57,307 bases of DNA from Ilumatobacteraceae bacterium. Its GTDB lineage: Bacteria > Actinomycetota > Acidimicrobiia > Acidimicrobiales > Ilumatobacteraceae. Shown piece by piece: positions 52,487 to 57,307 of this stretch. Location: NCBI GenBank assembly GCA_041742555.1, contig JBGSII010000025.1, positions 1-57,307 on the forward strand. Reading direction: 5' to 3'. A model generated the notes under the pieces. It did no database searches. It was not told the origin of the DNA and worked only from the letters and a program-made list of their open reading frames with translations. Every line of letters starts with the position of its first letter. Position 1 is the first letter of the stretch. A program made the translations under genes and the position numbers.

Positions 52487-54256
52487 ATGACAACGACGAC
52501 GACCCCCGAAGCAGCGTTGCTGGCCGACTCGCGGTCAGCTGGTCTGCCGTCGTTGCTCAAGGGCCATCGCGGTTCAATCGGGTTGCTCGGGCTCACGTCC
52601 ATCTTCGGCGGGTTGACGGAGGCGGCGGTCCTCACGCTGATCACACGGATCGCGTTCGCCGTCACCGACGGATCGGATTCCATCTATCTCCCGATCTTCG
52701 GTTCCTTGTCCTCAGGACAGACGATCCTCCTCGCCCTCGCTGCTGTTTACGCCTCGGCGGCGCTCCAGCTCCTCGCCGCATGGCAGTCGTCCCGCCTCAG
52801 CGCGCGTGTCGTCGCTGACATTCGCATCGAACTCTCAGACGCATTCCTCCAGGCGTCATGGTCCGCCCAGCACGGCGAAAAGGCGGGCCGGCTTCAGGAG
52901 CTCCTGACGACGTTCACGCAGACCGGCTCCGAACTGATCAACGCGGTCAGCCAGTCGACGATCGCCTTCTGCAACCTCTTCGCCTTGCTGCTCGTTGCAG
53001 TGTTCATCGACGCCGGGGCAGCGCTGGTGCTGTTGCTGACCATCGTTCTGATCGGCGCGATGGTGTTCCCCTTCCGAAGGCGGGTGCGGACCGCCGCCGC
53101 CCACACAGCGGTCGCCGTCATGGACCTCGCAACGAATCTCGGACAGACCTCGCAGCTCGGCATGGAGATGCACGTGTTCAACGTCCAGCGCCAGGCCAGA
53201 GCGCTCATCGCCGCGAACATCCAGGAGAATCAGGTCGCTCAGGAGCGACTGGGCTTCATCCGGCGAATCATCCCGACGACGTACACCAGTATCTCGTACA
53301 TGGCGCTCCTTGCTGCACTGGCCGCAGTGGCGGCGTGGGGGGGTAGCGATCTCGAGTCGATCGGTGCAGTGACGCTGATCATGTTCAGGTCGCTGCGTTA
53401 CGGCCAGCAGTTGCAGATCAGTGCCACGACGGTCGGCGCAACGGTCCCGTTCCTCGACTCGCTCGATGCCGAACGAGCCCGATACGAGTCCGCCCGCGTC
53501 GTCGATCGGGGCGTGCCGGTCGGGCGAGTCGGCCCGCTCGAGCTCGACCACGTGTCGTTCGGCTACAGCAGCGATGGTCTGGTCCTGAGAGACATCTCCG
53601 CAAGGATCGAACCGAACGAGGTGATCGGTGTCATCGGCCCGTCGGGCAGCGGTAAGTCGACTCTCGTCCAGTTGCTGCTCGGCCTCCGCGACCCGACCGA
53701 TGGCGTCGTTCGGGCCGACGGACGCGATATTCGGACACTGTCACGCTCCGAATGGGCGCGCCGGGTGACCTTCGTACCGCAGGACGCACACCTCATTGCG
53801 GGCACGATCGCCGACAACATCAGGTTCCTCCGCGACGACATCGACAACGAGCGCATCGTCGAGGCCGCGAAACTCGCCAACCTTCACGGGGATGTTCAGG
53901 GCTGGAGCGAGGGCTACTCACGCCAGGTCGGTGAACAAGGCAGCCACCTGAGTGGCGGTCAACAGCAGCGCCTGATCATCGCCCGGGCATTGGTCGAACA
54001 CCCTGACGTCTTGATTCTGGACGAGCCGACGAGCGCCCTCGACGTAGCATCCGAGTACCTGATCCGCCAGACCCTCGATGGTCTGCGAAGTCAGTCTACC
54101 ATCATCATCATCGCCCACCGATTGTCGACCCTCGATGTTTGCGACCGGATCATGGTGATCATGGACGGCCAGCTGCGTGGCTTCGACCGCCCTGACCGAC
54201 TCGAGCAGAGCAACGAGTTCTACCGCGATGCACTCGTGATGTCGGGGGTGCGCTGA
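52487..54256 (+). CDS. ABC exporter, fused permease + ATPase (MsbA/PglK-type half transporter)
   Basis: Six N-terminal TM helices. Walker A GPSGSGKST, signature LSGGQQQR, Walker B VLILDEPTSALD, H-loop IIIAHR. The ORF opens at GTG 52481; ATG 52487 has better spacing to AGGAA. Confidence 0.92.
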   Translation: MTTTTTPEAALLADSRSAGLPSLLKGHRGSIGLLGLTSIFGGLTEAAVLTLITRIAFAVTDGSDSIYLPIFGSLSSGQTILLALAAVYASAALQLLAAWQSSRLSARVVADIRIELSDAFLQASWSAQHGEKAGRLQELLTTFTQTGSELINAVSQSTIAFCNLFALLLVAVFIDAGAALVLLLTIVLIGAMVFPFRRRVRTAAAHTAVAVMDLATNLGQTSQLGMEMHVFNVQRQARALIAANIQENQVAQERLGFIRRIIPTTYTSISYMALLAALAAVAAWGGSDLESIGAVTLIMFRSLRYGQQLQISATTVGATVPFLDSLDAERARYESARVVDRGVPVGRVGPLELDHVSFGYSSDGLVLRDISARIEPNEVIGVIGPSGSGKSTLVQLLLGLRDPTDGVVRADGRDIRTLSRSEWARRVTFVPQDAHLIAGTIADNIRFLRDDIDNERIVEAAKLANLHGDVQGWSEGYSRQVGEQGSHLSGGQQQRLIIARALVEHPDVLILDEPTSALDVASEYLIRQTLDGLRSQSTIIIIAHRLSTLDVCDRIMVIMDGQLRGFDRPDRLEQSNEFYRDALVMSGVR

Positions 54257-54295
54257 CGGGATCCTGCTTCGTCCTCGCCCTCGAGCGGCTGATTG

Positions 54296-54907
54296 TCAGG
54301 ACGCATTGTGCCGTCGGTCCAGCTCGACCAGTGCGGCGCCGAGGTTGCCCTGGGCGCCGATCCGAAGCCAAAGCGCCTCGAACCCCGCAGCGAAGTCCTC
54401 AAGATCGATCGTCATCGACTCGACAGAGCGGAGCATCAATTCGATGTTGGAGTTGACCACGCCGACGAACTGCTCAGCAAGAGCGAGCCGTTCAGACCGC
54501 TCCCATGGCTCCAGGCGACCGTTGACCGCGTAGGCGAACGATTCGACGATCGAACCCGGGGTCCGCGTGTTCTCGAGGTAGAGCGCTGGACCCTGCATCC
54601 AGCGAGGTGCCCGGTGATAGCGATATGGCGGGTCCCACTTCCAGCGACTGACATAACTCTGCGCCGTGGCCCTGGCATCCCGCCGTAGGTGTACATAGAG
54701 GTCGTCCGGGAATCGCTCGATCAGTGAGCCCAGGAACCAACTGAGGCGGTTGTCGGCCTCGATGTGCTGATCGGCGTAGGCAAGGCGATGCACCGGCCGC
54801 TGCCCCCACCGGCTCTCGTGACCTGCGGTGAAGTTCGTGATGTGTCCGGCCGCCCTGACGAGCGACAGCGTGCCGCACCGTCCTGTCCCGACGACGAATA
54901 CTCGCAT
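54296..54907 (-). CDS. Small P-loop protein, possibly a divergent sulfotransferase
   Basis: MRVFVVGTGRCGTLSL (PAPS 5'-PSB-like) and LYVHLRRDARATAQSY (3'-PB-like). Assignment is weak and motif-only. Start trimmed to ATG 54907. Confidence 0.45.
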   Translation of the reverse strand: MRVFVVGTGRCGTLSLVRAAGHITNFTAGHESRWGQRPVHRLAYADQHIEADNRLSWFLGSLIERFPDDLYVHLRRDARATAQSYVSRWKWDPPYRYHRAPRWMQGPALYLENTRTPGSIVESFAYAVNGRLEPWERSERLALAEQFVGVVNSNIELMLRSVESMTIDLEDFAAGFEALWLRIGAQGNLGAALVELDRRHNAS

Positions 54908-55065
54908 GCAGCACAGACTACTTGGCTCGGCGCCGATCGCCGGTCCGAAACGACCCGCCGGCATGCGCCCAGAGGTAGTCCGTCAGTGGTGTCAGACTTT
55001 TCTCAAGTTTCGCTGGGTGTGGTCGATGAAACACTGTCTGTCCCCCTCGCGAAGGAAGAACCGTC
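54908..55065. promoter_or_regulatory. Divergent promoter region
   Basis: Back-to-back starts at 54907 (-) and 55066 (+). No motif identified. Confidence 0.3.
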
Positions 55066-56166
55066 ATGAGAGTAATCCGTTCCGGTCGTCGCAGAGTGAA
55101 ATCGGCGGCATCTGCCATCGGCGCCTCGTTGATCCTCGCAGCCCTCGCCGTCTCTGGGTCGACCGAGGCTTCAGGGGGGCTACCAGACGGCACCCTGGGC
55201 CAGTACCTCGGTTTCGATGCGGAGGCGCGCTTCGATGCTGTGGAGCGATCGCTGAAGACGGACTTGGACTGGGTGGTCGCGATGGCCACGGTGAGCAATC
55301 CAGCCGACATGCGAAGCGCGGTGTGGGGACAGTTCTCGAAACCGTCGGCGTACCTGCCGAAGCACTCGGATCGACTGGATGTCTCGGTCACCCTGCCGCT
55401 GAGCTTCGACAAGGGCGGCAAGTACCGCACAGTAGGCCCGGCGGCAGTTCGCAGGGCGTTGGAGTTGACGACGTCTGGACGGTACGACGACGACTTCCGA
55501 GCTGTGGCACGGCGACTGAAGTCTGCGGGGTATGGAGATGCGGTTCTCCGCCTCGGTCACGAGTTCGATGGAACGTGGCAGCCGTGGTCGGCCCGCGAAA
55601 ACGAGCAGGCCTACATCGATGCGTTCCGCCATGTGCATGACGTCCTCCAGGCCGAATCTGCGGCGTTTCGATTCGAGTGGACCGGGATGCACGGAACGTG
55701 GCGGAAGTACGCCCGCGACGCATACCCGGGCGACGCGTACGTCGACATCATCGGTCTCGACGTGTACTACCGAAAGCCGTACGAGCTCGGCGGAGGCGAC
55801 GAGCGTCAGATCACCGAGGCTCTGGTGGCCCACCAGGCCTTCGCTGTCGACCGGGGCAAGCCCGTCTCGTATCCAGAGTGGGGGCGGGCGCGCGGTGACA
55901 CCACCCGATTCATCGAGCTGATGTACGACTGGTTCGAGAGCCTGCCGTCGAACGGCCCTGGCAGCCTTGTCTACCAGGCCTACTTCAATCCGGCAGCCCA
56001 GAAGGGCCTCTACGATCTTGCGAACTACCCCGCGGTGGCCGATCGTTACTACCAACTGTTCCGCAACAAGCGGGCCGCTTCCGACTCGCCTCCCGTGCGG
56101 ACTCCTGCGCCGTCAGCGATAGAGCCCCGTGGCGTGGTGGGGATTCGTAGGTCCACCAGTGGGTGA
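55066..56166 (+). CDS. Secreted glycoside hydrolase, GH26-like (TIM-barrel glycanase)
   Basis: Signal peptide RRRVKSAASAIGASLILAALAVSGSTEA. Motifs LRLGHEFDGTWQPWS, YPGDAYVDIIGLDVYY and VSYPEWG resemble the GH26 acid/base and nucleophile blocks. Confidence 0.55.
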   Translation: MRVIRSGRRRVKSAASAIGASLILAALAVSGSTEASGGLPDGTLGQYLGFDAEARFDAVERSLKTDLDWVVAMATVSNPADMRSAVWGQFSKPSAYLPKHSDRLDVSVTLPLSFDKGGKYRTVGPAAVRRALELTTSGRYDDDFRAVARRLKSAGYGDAVLRLGHEFDGTWQPWSARENEQAYIDAFRHVHDVLQAESAAFRFEWTGMHGTWRKYARDAYPGDAYVDIIGLDVYYRKPYELGGGDERQITEALVAHQAFAVDRGKPVSYPEWGRARGDTTRFIELMYDWFESLPSNGPGSLVYQAYFNPAAQKGLYDLANYPAVADRYYQLFRNKRAASDSPPVRTPAPSAIEPRGVVGIRRSTSG

Positions 56167-56184
56167 GCCATCGGCGTGATCCTT

Positions 56185-56224
56185 GGTGTGTTCCAGCAAG
56201 AACCCACCTGAAGGAGAACACACC
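56185..56224 (+). promoter_or_regulatory. Perfect 9-bp inverted repeat in the transposase leader that would occlude its Shine-Dalgarno
   Basis: ggtgtgttc at 56185-56193 pairs with gaacacacc at 56216-56224. The SD aaggag (56211-56216) abuts and enters the 3' arm, and the ATG at 56226 follows 1 nt after the stem. Confidence 0.45.
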
Positions 56225-56225
56225 G

Positions 56226-57307
56226 ATGGCTCTGTCCGAGTCTGCCCTGTCCGAACTTCTCGTCGCGCTCAGCGACCGCGAACGCGGCGTTGACCTGGTG
56301 CGCGAGCTGGCCCAGTACCTGGCGCAAGAGTTGATCGAGGTCCAAGCCACCCAAGCGATCGGCGCCGCCCGCTACGAACGATCCGATGAGCGGGTGACCG
56401 AACGCAATGGACACCGCGATCGTGTCTTGACGACGAAGGCCGGCGATCTCGAGTTGACGATCCCGAAGTTGCGCAAGGGCAGTTTCTTCCCGTCGATCCT
56501 CGAACCACGCCGGCGGATCGACCAAGCGTTGTATGCGGTCGTGATGGAGGCCTACGTGTCCGGCGTCTCGACGAGATCGGTTGACGCGCTGGTCGAGTCG
56601 ATGGGCGCCGCCAGCGGAATCTCCAAGTCCGAGGTCTCGCGGATCTGTGCCGGGCTCGACGAACGCGTCACGGCGTTCCGGAACCGCACGCTTGGGCACA
56701 CCGAGTTCCCGTACGTGTATCTCGATGCGGTCTACGTCCATGTCCGCGACGACGCCCTCGGCCAGGTCGTGTCGCGGGCGATCGTGGTTGCGACCGGGGT
56801 GAGCGCCCAGGGCGGCCGTGAGGTGCTCGGTGTCGACGTCGGCGACTCCGAAGCCGAGACGTTTTGGACGGCGTTCCTGCGCTCGCTCAAAGCGCGCGGA
56901 CTGTCCGGTGTGCGCCTCGTCATCTCCGATGCCCACGAAGGACTGCGAGCAGCGATCCGCAAGAACCTCCAGGGCGCCAGTTGGCAGCGGTGCCGCGTCC
57001 ACTACGTCCGGAACCTGATGGCACCGGTCCCGAAAGCGCATCAGGAGATGGTCGCTGCGGCGTTCCGGTCGATCTTCGCTCTCACGACCCCCGTCGACGT
57101 CAAGGCGCGCTGGGACGAGGTCGCCGTCATGCTCGCCGAACGGTTCCCGAAAGCCGCCGCACTCATGGACTCAGCCAAGACCGACGTGCTTGCGTTCACC
57201 GCGTTCCCGCGCGAGCACTGGCGACAGATCTGGTCGAACAACCCGTTGGAGCGACTCAACAAGGAGATCCGCAGACGAACCAACGTCGTGGGCATCTTCC
57301 CCAACGA
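56226..57307 (+). CDS. IS256-family (Mutator-type) transposase, C-terminus cut by the window edge
   Basis: Not in the ORF track (no stop). My translation from ATG 56226 reads MALSESALSELLVALSDRERGVDLVRELAQYLAQELIEVQATQAIGAARYERSDERVTERNGHRDRVLTTKAGDLELTIPKLRKGSFFPSILEPRRRIDQALYAVVMEAYVSGVSTRSVD...LVISDAHEGLRAAI...WQRCRVHYVRNL...NNPLERLNKEIRRRTNVVGIFPN. These are the hallmark IS256 blocks. Confidence 0.93.
   Translation, partial: MALSESALSELLVALSDRERGVDLVRELAQYLAQELIEVQATQAIGAARYERSDERVTERNGHRDRVLTTKAGDLELTIPKLRKGSFFPSILEPRRRIDQALYAVVMEAYVSGVSTRSVDALVESMGAASGISKSEVSRICAGLDERVTAFRNRTLGHTEFPYVYLDAVYVHVRDDALGQVVSRAIVVATGVSAQGGREVLGVDVGDSEAETFWTAFLRSLKARGLSGVRLVISDAHEGLRAAIRKNLQGASWQRCRVHYVRNLMAPVPKAHQEMVAAAFRSIFALTTPVDVKARWDEVAVMLAERFPKAAALMDSAKTDVLAFTAFPREHWRQIWSNNPLERLNKEIRRRTNVVGIFPN

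Larger units (their letters stand above)
56167..57307 (+). mobile_element. IS256-family insertion sequence (left part); exact left terminus not determined
   Basis: The transposase gene starts 60 nt after the GH26-like stop. The terminal inverted repeat cannot be defined without the right end, which lies outside the window. Confidence 0.6.

Noticed and set aside
52487-54256. ABC exporter as a type I secretion system for the giant proteins
   Set aside because: Both giants carry classical N-terminal Sec signal peptides and no C-terminal RTX/T1SS-like signal. No membrane-fusion or outer-membrane partner is present, and the organism looks monoderm.
56049-57041. 330-aa minus-strand ORF at the right edge
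   Set aside because: It is antisense to the IS256-family transposase, whose + strand translation matches the family's hallmark blocks throughout.

Overview
High-GC, actinobacterium-like 57.3 kb window occupied almost entirely by one cell-envelope glycan locus. Core machinery is a polyprenyl-phosphate sugar transferase, a Wzz/BY-kinase co-polymerase, a Wzy-like polymerase, six glycosyltransferases and a fused ABC exporter. Three additions are unusual. First, a private PAPS cycle (cysD, fused cysNC, HAL2-type PAP phosphatase) with four clear and one divergent sulfotransferase genes. Second, a CDP-hexose branch (rfbF, SDR, three tandem Zn-ribbon C-methyltransferase-type paralogs). Third, a plant-type GDP-mannose 3,5-epimerase homologue next to a Nudix hydrolase. 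Interleaved are two giant Sec-signal proteins (about 3,980 and 2,783 aa) built from malectin-like, ConA/LamG-like, FN3, Ig, PKD-like and beta-propeller modules. There is also a small secreted protein sharing the first giant's C-terminal module, and a collagen-repeat/YVTN beta-propeller protein. The right edge holds a GH26-like hydrolase and an IS256-family transposase cut by the window; the left edge holds a partial membrane protein. Main hypothesis: a previously undescribed sulfated (and probably methylated) exopolysaccharide plus lectin-type matrix-protein system. All family calls come from motif recognition by eye, not from database searches. Many long ORFs in the supplied track are antisense shadows typical of high-GC DNA and were discarded. 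Several ORF starts were trimmed to internal starts that overlap the upstream stop codon.
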